DNA of 64,000 nt from Octopus vulgaris (taxonomy: Eukaryota): positions 8,990,001 through 9,054,000 of the forward strand of contig OX597837.1 of NCBI GenBank assembly GCA_951406725.2, written 5' to 3'. Position numbers and translations under genes: made by a program. A model generated the notes under the pieces. That model did not search any database, had not been told where the DNA came from, and saw nothing but the letters and a program-made list of their open reading frames with translations. Shown piece after piece: positions 1 through 13,376 of this stretch. Numbering within the stretch: position 1 is the stretch's first letter; each line of letters begins with the position of its first letter.

Positions 1-635
1 TCTATCTCTTTTCTCTTCTCTCTCTCTCTCTGTCTCTCTCTCTCTTTATCCCCCGTCTCTCTCTTCCCCGTCACTTTCTCCACCTCTCTCCTCTCTTTCT
101 CCCTGTCTCTCTCTCTCTCTGCCTTACTTTAATTCACATCTTTTTTCCTGTCTTTTAACTCTGCCTCCATTTACTCGCTATGTGTTTCTTACTTTGCTCT
201 CTCTCTCTCTCTCTTTCTCTGTATCTGCTTTTCTTTATTTCCCCATTTCCTTCAATCTCAACCTCTCCCTTTACCTACGTCCGTTTCTCTATACCTGTCC
301 ATCCTTCCTTAACTTTACTCACACCTTTTGTTTCTTACTCCAATTCCCTTTTTCTTTCTGTCTCTCTAATTCTCCTTCTCTCTCTTCCTCTCCCTCCATC
401 CTCCCCACTCTGTTTTTTTTTTCACGCTCATACTCGAATCGAATCCTTTCCGTCTACCCCGCACATATTTTAACACATTCTCAAAGTTTTTTTTTACTAA
501 GTCTGTGGTTTTTCCCCAGTTTATCATCTGCCTGTCTAACTCTCTTACCTGCCACCCATTACTGACGCGCAACAGCTTTCTTATTCATTCTCTATAAGCT
601 CATCTTCTCTCGTTCTCTTTTATTTTCACCTTCCC
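1..635. repeat. Polypyrimidine/(CT)n low-complexity tract
   Basis: Strongly C/T-biased + strand with degenerate (CT)n runs; ORFs here are S/L/F/P-rich artefacts. Confidence 0.9.
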
Positions 636-810
636 TATGTTATTTCACCTCATCATGCTCCTGGGACCACGCATAAAACTACAACTCCAAAACTTCAAAC
701 AACAACAAACTAAAAAATATCAAATATCTTGGTACAACCCTTCTTGTATTGACACAATTAAAACAATTATTCTCTCCAAATTTATAAACTTGATATATAT
801 TTATATATAC

Positions 811-819
<9 letters not shown>

Positions 820-841
<22 letters not shown>

Positions 842-842
842 G

Positions 843-917
<75 letters not shown>

Positions 918-1030
918 ATATGTATATATATATATATATATATGCACACGTATATATATATACATATTTATGTATACATATGTATATATATATATATGTA
1001 TATTTATGCGTATATTTGTATTTATTTGTG

Positions 1031-1080
<50 letters not shown>
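820..1080. repeat. (TA)n/(TATG)n microsatellite
   Basis: Direct reading; first of dozens of similar tracts. Confidence 0.97.
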
Positions 1081-1084
<4 letters not shown>

Positions 1085-1248
1085 AAGATAAGCAGAGTTA
1101 GCGGCTGGAATAACTGTCTAAGGGATAAGAATATCCGATTTTACTACCGGTATCGTTTATCCATGTTAACCCTGGGCATGGGCATGCAAGTACATTATGC
1201 TCATAGGCCACAGGTAATAACAAAATAAACAAACCTTTATCAGGAATC

Positions 1249-1441
1249 AAATTCGAATAAGCAGAAAATGGAGAACACTTTTGATCAGCAAACAAACAAA
1301 TTGATCAACATCGATTAATTACTTTTTAATACAAAACATAATACCATGTTATGTTCTGTTTTGTATTCAAAATTAATTAACCAATGTTGGTCAATTTGTT
1401 TGTTTTCTGATCAAAAGTTTTCTCCATTTACGGCTTATTTA

Positions 1442-1446
<5 letters not shown>
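1249..1446. repeat. Imperfect palindrome (~90-bp arms), MITE-like fold-back
   Basis: aaattcgaataagcagaaaatggagaacacttttgatcag...aatacaaaac is the reverse complement (with scattered mismatches) of gttttgtattc...ctgatcaaaagttttctccatttacggcttatttaacttt. Confidence 0.85.
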
Positions 1447-1478
<32 letters not shown>

Positions 1479-1480
<2 letters not shown>

Positions 1481-1788
1481 TGTGATCACGTGACCGACCA
1501 GACCATCAGATATTGTTACACATCGCTGGTCACAATGCGTTCGCATTGTTTTAGCCTTCGAAAGATGCCACCCCGCTGGCTAAGCGAGCAGGCCATCAGA
1601 AGAAAGAGCGAGAGAAAGAGTGGTGAAAGAGTACAGCAGGGATCACCCCCCCCCCCGCTGCCGGTGCCTCGTGGAGCTTTTAAGGTGTTTTCGCTCAATA
1701 AACACACACAACGCCCGGTCTGGGAATCGGAACCGCGATCCTTCGACCGCGAGTTCGCTGCCCTAACCACTAGGCCATTGCGCCTCTA

Positions 1789-1789
<1 letters not shown>
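1479..1789 (-). mobile_element. tRNA-derived SINE (family B head) with alternative 3' tail, in (TA)n
   Basis: Minus strand gaggcgcaatggcctagtggttagggc (A box) ... ggttccgattccc (B box); head shared with 12475/13377/31168 copies; tail matches 62428-62530. Confidence 0.9.
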
Positions 1790-1824
<35 letters not shown>

Positions 1825-2409
1825 GTGTGTGTGTGTGTGTGTGTGTTTGTGTGCTACTATACGCTTGCATATCTGCATCCTATGCGTGCGCTTTTTACTC
1901 GCTTATACCCTAGGACAGAAATAGCGTGCAGTATGTAATATCAGGCGGTTCAGAAGTCAATGTATACAGTTCTTCCCGTACTTCATTTACCCTCTCCTCT
2001 CTCTTTCCTCTTCTACCTGTCCACTATCCACCCGTCCATATTTCATCTGTCTGTACTATACAATCATGTTGTACAACAGTGTATTGTACTGAAATACTAA
2101 TATATTGCTGGGAAATCTCATATCCGCTACCAGCATTTCCTGGTGAATTTGGCGTGAATATGAGAATATGCACTATTACATAGACAAACGCATTGATCTC
2201 TGTCTCTCTCCCACCCTACTCACACACGGTCACATACTTGCACTCACAAGCTCATGGGTGTACACACAGTCACGTACAAACAAGGACAGATATACGACAT
2301 AACATAACATATAGGTACATACACGTTTTCACAATCGAACAAAAGCCTACATATGTATATAGTGTAAATATATTAGAATTATAAGTATCTGCACAGACAC
2401 ACACACACA

Positions 2410-2453
<44 letters not shown>

Positions 2454-2562
2454 CATATGCATATATGTACATATGTATGAGTGTATATATATGTATACGT
2501 ACATACATGCCTGTATGTCTGTATCTGTACAGACATGCACATATTTGTTAGACTAACTCTCA

Positions 2563-2645
<83 letters not shown>

Positions 2646-3159
2646 CATTTATACATGTTAATATACATGGATAGTAGAACCCACACACACACACATGCAG
2701 ACGCACACACACGCACACACACGCACACACATATCTATATACAAAATCAAACAAATATAGGTCAAATTTTATGCATGAAAGACTTTTTTATCTGTGCGTG
2801 TTCATGCGTGCAATTTGCAAGTGTTTGTCTGTGAGAGTGATGTAAAAATGAAAGTGTACGGGAAAAATTGCTTTTCTGTATTTACACTAATTACGCATTG
2901 CCTAAATGTCTTTATTAACCACAACATTCAAGTATCCAGGTCAATATAAATGACTACAAATATCTACGCTTATTTAATTTATGTTTGGCAATGCCATCAA
3001 ACAAGTAGTTTCTAATTTCTGTCTCAACTTCATCATTCCGTAGAAAACTCTTCTGGCAATACTTGGCAAAATTTTCTCCATTGATAACTGCTGGTGCTCC
3101 ATAGAAATTTCTCGTAGCCTCCATCTCATAAGAGCTTCACCAATCTTTTTTTTTTTTTG

Positions 3160-3369
3160 CCCACAAGGGGCTAAACATAGAGAGGACAAACAAGGACAAA
3201 GGGAATTAGTCGATTACACCGACCCCAGTGTGTAACTGGTACTTATTTAATCGATCCCGAAAGGATGAATGGCAAAGTCGATCTCGGCGAATTTGAACTC
3301 AGAACGTAGCGACAGACCGCTAAGCATTTCGCCTGGTGTGCTAACGATTTTTAGCCAGTTCGCCGCCTT
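3160..3369 (-). mobile_element. SINE family A (tRNA-like head + Meta-like core)
   Basis: Reverse complement of ggcggcgagctggc...gcctttcatcctttcggggtcgat...agccccttgtggg consensus seen many times in the window. Confidence 0.9.
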
Positions 3370-3454
3370 AACAATAACAATCTTATCCCACCACGCTGTA
3401 CTTGTAGAGATAAAAGGAAGTTATTTTTTATATATAGTTTCCTAAGCTAAGAAG

Positions 3455-3650
3455 ATACATGGATGTGTGGAAAGAAGCTTGCATCCCAACCACATGGTGC
3501 GGGTTCAAGCACTGCTCCGTGACATCTTGAGAAAATGTCTCTTACTATAGCTTCGGGCCGATCAAAGGGTTTCCGTTTCCGGTTAACAAATCCACTCACA
3601 AGGATCGACCCGAAGCTGTAGTAGAAGACACTTACCTAAGATTTCCCATA
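3455..3650. mobile_element. Two fused, oppositely oriented family D SINE fragments
   Basis: + head (gtgtggaaagaagcttgc...ttactatagcttcgggccgatc) followed by minus-strand fragment (gatcgacccgaagctgtagtagaagacac). Confidence 0.75.
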
Positions 3651-4328
3651 TGGATAATGGCATATTGACGCGGCCCTACATTACATAATACTTGATAAGT
3701 GAAACTAAACGCTTATCTTCTAAGCATGTCTCTGCACAGAAGAAATTTCAAGTAATGTTGTGCCAAGTAAGTTGGCTATTAAAATATTCCTCCCTCCGTT
3801 ATTTGAAATTTTATAACAATAACTGTAGCATTAAATATCTCATCTTCATTGTAAAACTAGAAAGTATTTTCAATATCTCGTTTCTGTTTCTAGCATGCTT
3901 CTGTACGCCATCTTAGTAACCATCTGCAAAAGTAGATTCTGCCATTGCGCAGCTGTAAATTTAGATTTTCTTTTACATTCATTAATGATAATGTGAATCT
4001 GAGTTGGATTTGTGGCTAATAGCCACCGATGAATTCGCGGTGAGTGATTGGTTTTGCTTATAATATAAGCGTATAAGTTTCAATTGAATGTTATAATCTT
4101 TGTCTAGACAACACACAGCGTTTCATTCGAATGTCTATGTGTTCTGTCAGGGTTGGGTATTTTCGTGTGATTGAGTAGGAGATCGGTAAATGTGATCTAT
4201 GCGTGAAAACACAAAATTCTAGTTGTTACTTCTGTGACTTTGTAGGTGCTCATTAGACGCAGGTAGACAATGGTGGAACAGACTTGTAATCAAAAGCATT
4301 CCAGCTATGAACGTCATCCCGTAAATTA

Positions 4329-4363
<35 letters not shown>

Positions 4364-4786
4364 TTATGTATGTGTATGTATATATAAACAGATCGACGTA
4401 TACATATGTATGTATATATGTGTATATATGTATATGAACGTGTGTATGAGTGTTATACATAATTCTTCAATATAAGAATTATATATAACGAGGTCGTTAT
4501 GAAGCACCAGCTTTGCTAGAAATAGGAGTCAAATATACGCTGAAGCTACAAAAATTGACGTTAGATTTTGACAGACATGATTGCAAAAAATCAAGATGAA
4601 TAAGGATTGTGTCTTATCTCTACAAAATAGTAAGAAGGAATGCTTGTTAATTTGGTATCTCTTCAGGAAATCTACCCATAACAAAAGTATATATCACTGC
4701 AACCAATTCAATGCCTGTCTTCGTTTTAGTGTCCAAACCGCATTGAGAAAACGAATTAAGTAAATGTAATAAAATATATTTATATA

Positions 4787-4915
4787 GGTACAGGGGTGGC
4801 CGTCTGGTTCAGTCTCACTGCGTGACACCTTAGGCAACTGTCCTCTACTATAGCTTCGGGTCGACCAAAGCCTTGTGAGTGGATTTGGTAGATGGAAACT
4901 GAAAGAAGCCCGTCG

Positions 4916-4964
<49 letters not shown>

Positions 4965-5265
4965 GTATGTATATTACTTAAACATGTATGCGTGTACATA
5001 TGTATATATATATATACATACTTACGCGTGCACACATACATATATGCATATTTTTGTTCTCTTTCTCTCGCTCACACCGCTTGACAGCGGTACTTTTTGT
5101 GTTCGCCACCATCACTGAGCAGTTCAGCAAAAGATCCCGACTAAAAGCGTACTAGACATTGAAAAGAAAAACAAGTATTGCGGTCGATTTGTTGAAAGAA
5201 ACGCTTCAACAGATTGCCCCAGCATGACATCAGTGCCGTGACTGAAATTATTGAACGATTAAAGA
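4787..5265 (+). mobile_element. Degenerate family D SINE with internal (TA) microsatellite
   Basis: ggttcagtctcactgcgtgacaccttaggcaactgtcctctactatagc...gaaactgaaagaagcccgtcg, then TA run, then tail (cgcttgacagcgg...agcatgacatcagtgccgtgactgaaa). Confidence 0.85.
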
Positions 5266-6574
5266 TACTTCACTCGGAGGCTGTTATTGATAGAAATTGG
5301 AATTGTTTACGTCCATTTCATGTCTGAATTCAGATCACACTGAGGTGCTTCTATCGTTAAATCTTTTCTCGAACTGATAAGAAAAATACCAGTTATAAAC
5401 TGGTATATTTTTTAAAATGGTTATTCTCTTTTTAGCTTTCATTTTTACTTCTAGTAAACACTATAACCAATGAGAGTGGCATCTATGCAAAATGCTAAAA
5501 TAGCAACGAAATCGTCTTAAAAACAAATACCGTCATTAAACAAAAATACAAAACGGACATATTCGGAAATGTTGTCTAATATATACTATGTCTGATAAAA
5601 GAGAGCATAGCCTCTCATGGCTAGAACTTCTTTCATTTTACTTTTGCTTGATCTTGGCTGAACCACTCTAAACACAAACAAACATCACAACGACAATGAT
5701 AGTTACATCAGTAGCAGACACTGCTACAACCACAAAACAACAATAGCAGCCTGAGTAAAAGCGGAACCATTAGCAAAAACAACAACAGCAGCAGCCATAA
5801 ACAACATCATCATCAATAACCATTATTATGTCGTCTACGTTTGAAGAAGTACTATTTGTGTTACTTTGTTTTTTCACTCCAATCTCCTGTCTGTGTATTT
5901 GTGCTTGTGTTTATGTGTATCTAAATGTGTGAGCATGTCTTGTTGCCTGTGTGTGTGCATGTACGTGTATTTATCTGTCTGTATGTGCATTGTGTATATA
6001 TGTGTTTCTGTGTGCCAATATATGTATGATATGTATTCGTTTATATATGTACCTGTGTGTGAGTGAGTGTGAGTGTGGCATGTTGCTGTTGTTGAAAGTA
6101 GCGGTTGTCTGACTGGTTGGTTTGTATTTAGTGTGTTTATATTTGATGTTCTTTTATGTCGCTAAGTAAGAAGAAAAGATGGCGGATTTTCGCAGCTGCT
6201 ACTTTACGTCTATTTACTTAAGAGAGCAGGTTTCAAGGTGATTGATGTTAGATTCTAAGCAGTTGTGCAAATGAATTTGGGAAATTGTGGCAGGACGTGA
6301 CCGTAGTGTCATCAATGTATTAGGAAGTTTGTATGATTTACACAAGTGCAGAAGGTCGTTGAGAGGTATTAGTACAATAAATAAAAACACAAATAAAAAG
6401 GATAATAAGTAAATAAATGAATAAATAAGCTGCTGAAATGAAGCAATAGTGTCGCTCACCATTCAGTAAATTACATAGACTTAATGTGTTATTATTGTTT
6501 AGTGTATATATATATATACCGCACGGAAATACAGCCAAGTAACCAGCGTTTTGTGATGTTTCTTAAAGAGTTAT

Positions 6575-7250
<676 letters not shown>

Positions 7251-7727
7251 GATTTAATATGCTGTTTATATAAGTGAGTTACCGCAAATGAAGTTTCGAA
7301 ATCGTTTTGTTTTTCTTTTTTCGTTATTATTTTCTCTCTTTCCTAATGTGGATGCTACTTAACGTGTCGTTTGCAGTTTCTTTTAATCTTTATTAAAGCC
7401 GTCTTCAAGACGTTGTATAATGTTTGCAAGTCGAGCGTGGTTATATTACAATAGACTCTCAACATGTCTAACATGGAGCGAAATGGTAAAAGAAATGTAT
7501 AGGCGCGTGTATTTGTGTGTTTGTTTCTGCTGTTTAACACTTTGGTTGTTTTGCTCGTTAATGCGAGATACAAATAATATTTGCTAGTTTTCTGCTCTTT
7601 GTTGCTTTAATTCTTCGCTATTGTTTTTCTGGTTGCAGTTGCTGTTTATATTAGTGGTTCTATGTTTAGCTGTCGTAGTCTGAGATTTATGCATTTAGTG
7701 TCGGAGTATTTGTGGGTTTTTTTTTAA

Positions 7728-7765
<38 letters not shown>

Positions 7766-8263
7766 CTGATGTTTCTATTTTTCATCAAGTTGGCCATTTT
7801 GCCATGTAATTCCTTGCAGACATAATTGACTTACATTCTGTTGTAGATTGATTAAGGGAAAGCTTCTATAACTGATCTCTTACATTTCTATACACATTTA
7901 GCTAAGCGTCAGATTGACAAGATCATTAAGAAAACAAGGGTGTAGGTGTGGGTTTGTTTCCATTCTTTGTGCTTTGAGTTCAAATTCCGCGAACGTTAAA
8001 TTGACATTTAATTCCTCTTTTAAATTTTTGGTAATAAAGTACCTGCCCTGGTATTTTATTTATTTACCTGGATATTTAGTGAAATTAATAGCTATCGAAA
8101 CTTATAAGGTATTTTGTCGATATGTTCCAGCTCTTTGGGTTGTGAGTTAAAATTCTGCCTCTTGTTATCGTTAGGCAGAGGGCACGCACATACATGATGC
8201 GTGTGCAGTGTATACGTCTCTCGTTTATTTCTATGAATGTAAGTATGTCACTCTATCTGTCTG

Positions 8264-8328
<65 letters not shown>

Positions 8329-8387
8329 TTATCTAGATACCTATCTATCTATCTATTTATCTATCCATCTAACCATCCATCCATCCA

Positions 8388-8585
8388 TACAGAGTGTGGC
8401 AGAAAGGTGCCCCGATTTCAAAGTTTGATAAACAAAGAAACACATGAAGATGCAAAAAAACAAAACAAACGATGCTCTCCACTGAGGCCCATAGCGGGCA
8501 TTACTTGAAAGCAGAAACAAAATGGCATTTATGAACTTCATAGGAATATAAATATTTTTCACGCATCTTTCTGTGTTTCTTTTTT
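8388..8585. mobile_element. Truncated Tc1/mariner-type MITE remnant
   Basis: Begins TA-CAGAGTGTGGCAG; internal inverted pair aaagaaacacatgaagatgc / gcatctttctgtgtttcttt; right end lost at the SINE at 8594. Confidence 0.5.
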
Positions 8586-8593
8586 TTTTATTT

Positions 8594-8841
8594 CGGCAGA
8601 CGAAATACCTATTTCTTTACTACCCACAAGGGGCTGAACATAGAGGGGACAAACAGGGACAGACAAACAGATAAAGAAGATTATATCGACCCCAGTGCGT
8701 AACTGGTACGTATTTAATCGACTCCGGAAGGATGAAAGGCTAAGTCGACCTCAGCATAATTTGAACTCAGAACGTAACAGCAGACGAAATACCACTTAGC
8801 ATTTCGCCCGGCGTGCTAACGATTCTGCCAGCACGCCGCCT
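8594..8841 (-). mobile_element. SINE family A (one unit plus start of a second)
   Basis: Reverse complement of family A consensus incl. junction gaaatacctatttctttactacccac. Confidence 0.92.
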
Positions 8842-9235
8842 TTATGGGACTTTATAATGCCTGCAGTTTACGTTATTTGGGAATCGGGGGCGTCGCCGTT
8901 CTGTTCTTTGTGGTTCTTATTGCTTTATTTCCTAATCTTTGACCAAAGGTGTCGCTGCTATACTATTTATTTAAGACTTCTTAAATCTTGTATAACCTTC
9001 ATTTTTATTGGAATTGGTATACAAACAGGCAGCAGGTGTAAAAATGCAGGAAAAACAAACAAATATATAATCAATTGAAATTACAGTGATTCATTCTCTA
9101 TTACAATAATAGAAATATCGATGACAGCGGTCAATTTTGAGTGATTGGATGACTGAAAATATTTTGTTGTTGCCGCTGCATCTGCTGCAGCTGCTGCTGT
9201 AATTGATATCGATGATGTATGGCAAGAAGTAGATA

Positions 9236-9530
9236 GGCGGCGAGATGGCAGAAACGTTAGCACGCCGGGCGAAATGCGTAGCCGTATTTCGTCTTCCGTT
9301 ACGTTCTGAGTTCAAATTCGGCCGAAGTCGACTTTGCTTTCTATCCTTTCGGGATCGATAAATTAAGTATCAGTTACGCACTGGGTCGATATAATCGACT
9401 CAATCCATTTGTCTGTCCTTGTTTGTCCCCTCTGTGTTTAGCCCCTTGTGGGTAGTAAATAAATAGGTATTTCGTCTGCTGCTACGTTCTGAGTTCAAAT
9501 TCCGTGCTAACTTTTCTGCCAGCTCACCGC
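9236..9530 (+). mobile_element. SINE family A with partial second unit and inverted head at 3' end
   Basis: ggcggcgagatggcagaaacgttagcac...; 9504-9530 gtgctaacttttctgccagctcaccgc is the reverse complement of the head. Confidence 0.9.
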
Positions 9531-9840
9531 ATTCAGATGATAACCATCTCACATTCAATCTGATTGTTCTGATTCACCTTAATCTTTGCATGTGCACGGA
9601 TATGACTTTTCACACGATTTATTTCAAACCATGAGGGTTTATAAAATAGAAAATGGATCGGGAAATGAAATGGTAGTGAGAAAGCTGAACCTCATAGCAT
9701 TTCAGTGACAAGGATTTTGCGAAAAGTTTGCCCGTTTCTCAGTCGTCATAGAAGGTTCCATTGCAAAGCGACTGATATTATTTTGACTTCCAGTTTTACG
9801 TCAGAGAGCCTTTCTCCTACAAAAGAAACCTTTCACACGA

Positions 9841-9903
9841 AATAATAATACTACTAATAATAATAATAATCATAATAATCTTAATAATAATAATAATAAT
9901 AAC

Positions 9904-9947
<44 letters not shown>

Positions 9948-9967
9948 TAATAATAATATTAATAATC

Positions 9968-10020
<53 letters not shown>

Positions 10021-10042
10021 CTTAATAATAATAATAATAATA
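9841..10042. repeat. (TAA)n microsatellite
   Basis: Direct reading; source of the poly-Ile start of ORF 9944..11029. Confidence 0.97.
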
Positions 10043-11187
10043 GAAGGTGGTAGAGGCCTTATACAGCTGGAAAACTTCTATAAAATAACCACCATAGGAC
10101 TGCAAAAATATCTACTTCAGAAGGAAGGAAAACTGATCCAGATAGCGGCAAAACACGAGCAAAACAAAAAACTGTTCTCAGTATTTAAGGAAGCTGACAA
10201 ATACAAACAAGAAATCATACCACCTAATAAACATGAAGAAGAAGAAGAAGATGAAGAAACAACAAAAGCTATAAAACAAATGAGATCCAAACTAAAAATA
10301 GAACAGCAACGAACCATGATAAAACGATGGCAAGAAAAGCCCCTTCATGGTAAATACTGCACTAAACTAAACGCAAAAGAAATAGACAAAGAAAAATCCC
10401 AGCAATGGTTGAGAAGCTCAGGACTCAAAGCAGAAACAGAGGGATTTTTAATTGCAGCACAAGACCAAAGCCTCCCCACCAGAAATTACCAAAAACATGT
10501 AATGAAAAGAAATATTACAAGTAACTGCAGAATATGTGGAGATGGACAAGAAACAATAAATCATATTATCTCTAGCTGCCCAGTCCTGGCTAAGAAGGAA
10601 TATATTCACAGACATGACAGAGTTGGAACCTACATACATTGGAAGCTATGCCAACATTATGGAATAACAACAGAAAAAAGATGGTATAGGCACACACCAG
10701 AAAAGGTCACAGAAAACGAGAAAGCAACCATACTCTGGGATATGCCGATACACACAGATAGAGAAATTAAGGCCAACAGACCAGATATAGTTGTCAGAGA
10801 CCATGAAGAAAAAAAATGCTTTCTAATTGATGTATCAATACCGGCTGATGACAACGTGTCTCTAAAAGAAATGGAGAAACTCTCAAAATACAAAGACCTG
10901 GAAATAGAGGTAACTAGAATGTGGAATCTGAAAACAAACAATTTCTATCATAGTAGGTGCATTAGGCATGATAAAAAAATATTCAGACAAATACATAACA
11001 AAAACACCAGGACTTACAAACACATATAACATACAGAAAATTGCACTACTAGGCACTGCACACATCCTACGCAGAACACTTTCCATACAATAACCATCAG
11101 AGCATCACAACAAATCACAGCACATACCCAAGGCACACAGAGCTGCGCTCGGTAGTGAAGTGAAAGCACGCTATAAAAATAAAACTA

Positions 11188-11190
<3 letters not shown>
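10043..11190 (+). mobile_element. 5'-truncated R4/Dong-like non-LTR retrotransposon (RT thumb, CCHC zinc knuckle, restriction-like endonuclease, 3'UTR)
   Basis: GGRGL, KPLHGKY, ETEGFLIAAQDQ, CRICGDGQETINHIISSC, RHD, RPDIVV, IDVSIP, EKLSKYKDL; frameshift near 10935 then IIVGALG...KIALLGTAHILR, stop 11091-11093; (TAA)n on both flanks. Confidence 0.93.
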
Positions 11191-11265
<75 letters not shown>

Positions 11266-11295
11266 CTTAATAATAATAATAATAATCTTAATAAT

Positions 11296-11373
<78 letters not shown>

Positions 11374-11386
11374 CTTAATAATAATC

Positions 11387-11433
<47 letters not shown>
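11191..11433. repeat. (TAA)n microsatellite
   Basis: Direct reading. Confidence 0.97.
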
Positions 11434-11434
<1 letters not shown>

Positions 11435-11867
11435 TTTAGTATCCAAACGTTCATTATATCGAATATTTAGGCTGAAAATCTTGTTTACTGTTTTTAAAAC
11501 GTTTATTTCTATTTTCGAAAGATAATAGCAGTACTTTCGATTCTTGATGCTGTCATTGTCGTGATTCCAGATAATTAAGTTAGCGTTCTGACTTTTTTTT
11601 TTTGCATAAGTTCTCTCATGACTCTTTGGCATGACTTTTCAACTGTAGGGGATGCTTGATGGATTAAGGAAGTTAGTGTATCTCCGTCGCTTTCGACGAT
11701 GACGACGATTCAGTTGTTTGATCGACCGATTTACCTGCTCGTTGTATGAACGTGTTAGTGGTTGGGTATTCCACAGATACTGCTGCTCTTTCATTAATCT
11801 TCAGTTATAGTCGCTTTGACACAGCGTGCAACAAGGCTTTGCTTTTTAGTTAACACGACAATCCATC

Positions 11868-12030
11868 TGATGGGCTTCCGTCCAGTTTCCATCAACTCAA
11901 TTTCACTTACAAGGCATGAATCGACCTTAGGCAATACGACAATGTATATATATATATATACAAGAAACCTTAGAGTGGGATTGAACCCAAGATCTCGCGA
12001 CTGTTAAGCAACATAATTAACCATTCAGCC
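11868..12030 (-). mobile_element. Degenerate family D SINE head
   Basis: gatgggcttccgtccagtttcc...agtgggattgaacccaaga...aaccattcagcc, reverse complement of the family D head. Confidence 0.6.
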
Positions 12031-12306
12031 AACTTCATTTACCCGAACTGGTTAAACTTTAAACTTTAACCAGTTAGGACGAATGAAACCTTTCTCAGCG
12101 AATTTGTGCCTATTGGCCCCTTCGACTCCTATTTTACTCGGATTGACTCCGATAGCCATTTGATTTTTTTTTTTTAATCGTATATTCTTATAATTAAATA
12201 TTTTTAAGAATTGTATTTAAAAAATTGAGATATTTGGTGTATCGTTGAAGTAATATAAAATTGTTACACATAAATTTTAACAACAAAACCTTATTTGGGA
12301 CTCCAA

Positions 12307-12385
12307 GGAGGCACATGGCCTAGTAGTTAGAGCAGCAGACTCGCGGTCGAGGGATCACTGGTTCGAATCTCAGACCGGGCAATAT
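12307..12385 (+). mobile_element. Family B SINE head only
   Basis: ggaggcacatggcctagtagttagagcagcagactcgcggtcgagggatcactggttcgaatctcagaccggg. Confidence 0.88.
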
Positions 12386-12474
12386 GGACCCCGATTGAGA
12401 ACCACTGGATTTTACAACTAGATTTTATCCTTGACGAATTCGCTTTTTTTTCACGAATTATATTATTCAACGTT

Positions 12475-12776
12475 GGAGGCACATGGTCTAGTGGTTAGAG
12501 AAGCGAACTCGCGGTCGAGGGATCACTAGTTCGAATCTCAGACCGGACGATGTGTGTGTTTATGAGCGAAACACCTAAGCTCTACGCAGCTCCGGCAGAA
12601 GGTAATGGTGAAACTTCTGCTGACTCTTTCGCCACAAATTTCTCTCACTCTTTCCTCTTGCATGTTGCAGCTCACCTGCGACGGACCGGCTTCCCTTCCA
12701 GGTGGGGAACCTATACGCCAAGGAAACCGGGTAACCGGCCCTTTTGAGCCAGGCGTGGCTCGAGAAGGAACAAACA
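12475..12776 (+). mobile_element. Full-length family B SINE (tRNA-like head, V-domain-like core)
   Basis: A/B boxes; ctgcgacggaccggcttcccttccaggtg resembles the V-SINE core; imperfect TSD atattattcaacgt / atattattgaatgt. Confidence 0.92.
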
Positions 12777-13376
12777 TATTATTGAATGTGAGATTTTGCC
12801 GCTGCTGTTAAGATTACGTGACACAATAGTGGCCACTAACACCGTAGGCATTTTAGTGGATCTGTAGGATCCACCCACATTTCCGCCATCTTATTTACCA
12901 GTTGCACCTTCCAAATCAATATCAACTGGAATTTTTGTCTTCGATATCGAGATGTTTGTTGCTGCTGTTTTGGATGTCATGGCGCTTCCTGTCATTGACC
13001 TCTTGAACTTTGTCATTGTAGTTGTTTGGTATATCGATATATTTGTTCCTGTTATTATATTCGATATCGATATGCTTGCTGAGGTGATGTTTGTTTTGGT
13101 TCTTGTTTTAGATCACGTGTTAGCTGTTGACGTGGATGCAGTTTTAGTTATGGAGATGTCTCTCTGTTGCTGGCGTTCGTTCAGTGTTTGATATTTAAGA
13201 TATTGAGTTCTTTGTTGTAGCTGTTGTTTTAGACTGCGTTGTGTTTGCTTTCTTAGTTATTGTCGATCACATGGTATGAACTGTTCTATGTTGACTTTTA
13301 TATTATTGAACCATTTTTCCGCCTGAGAAAATTCAATATTTTGTTTTTTTTCGTCTGGAATAATAAATTGGAGACT

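Noticed and set aside
6170-6400. Possible first exon/promoter (aagatggcgg)
   Set aside because: ORF closes after ~20 codons; single motif is insufficient
9944-10042. Poly-Ile N-terminus as signal peptide or TM segment
   Set aside because: It is the (TAA)n target tract fused in frame to a truncated LINE
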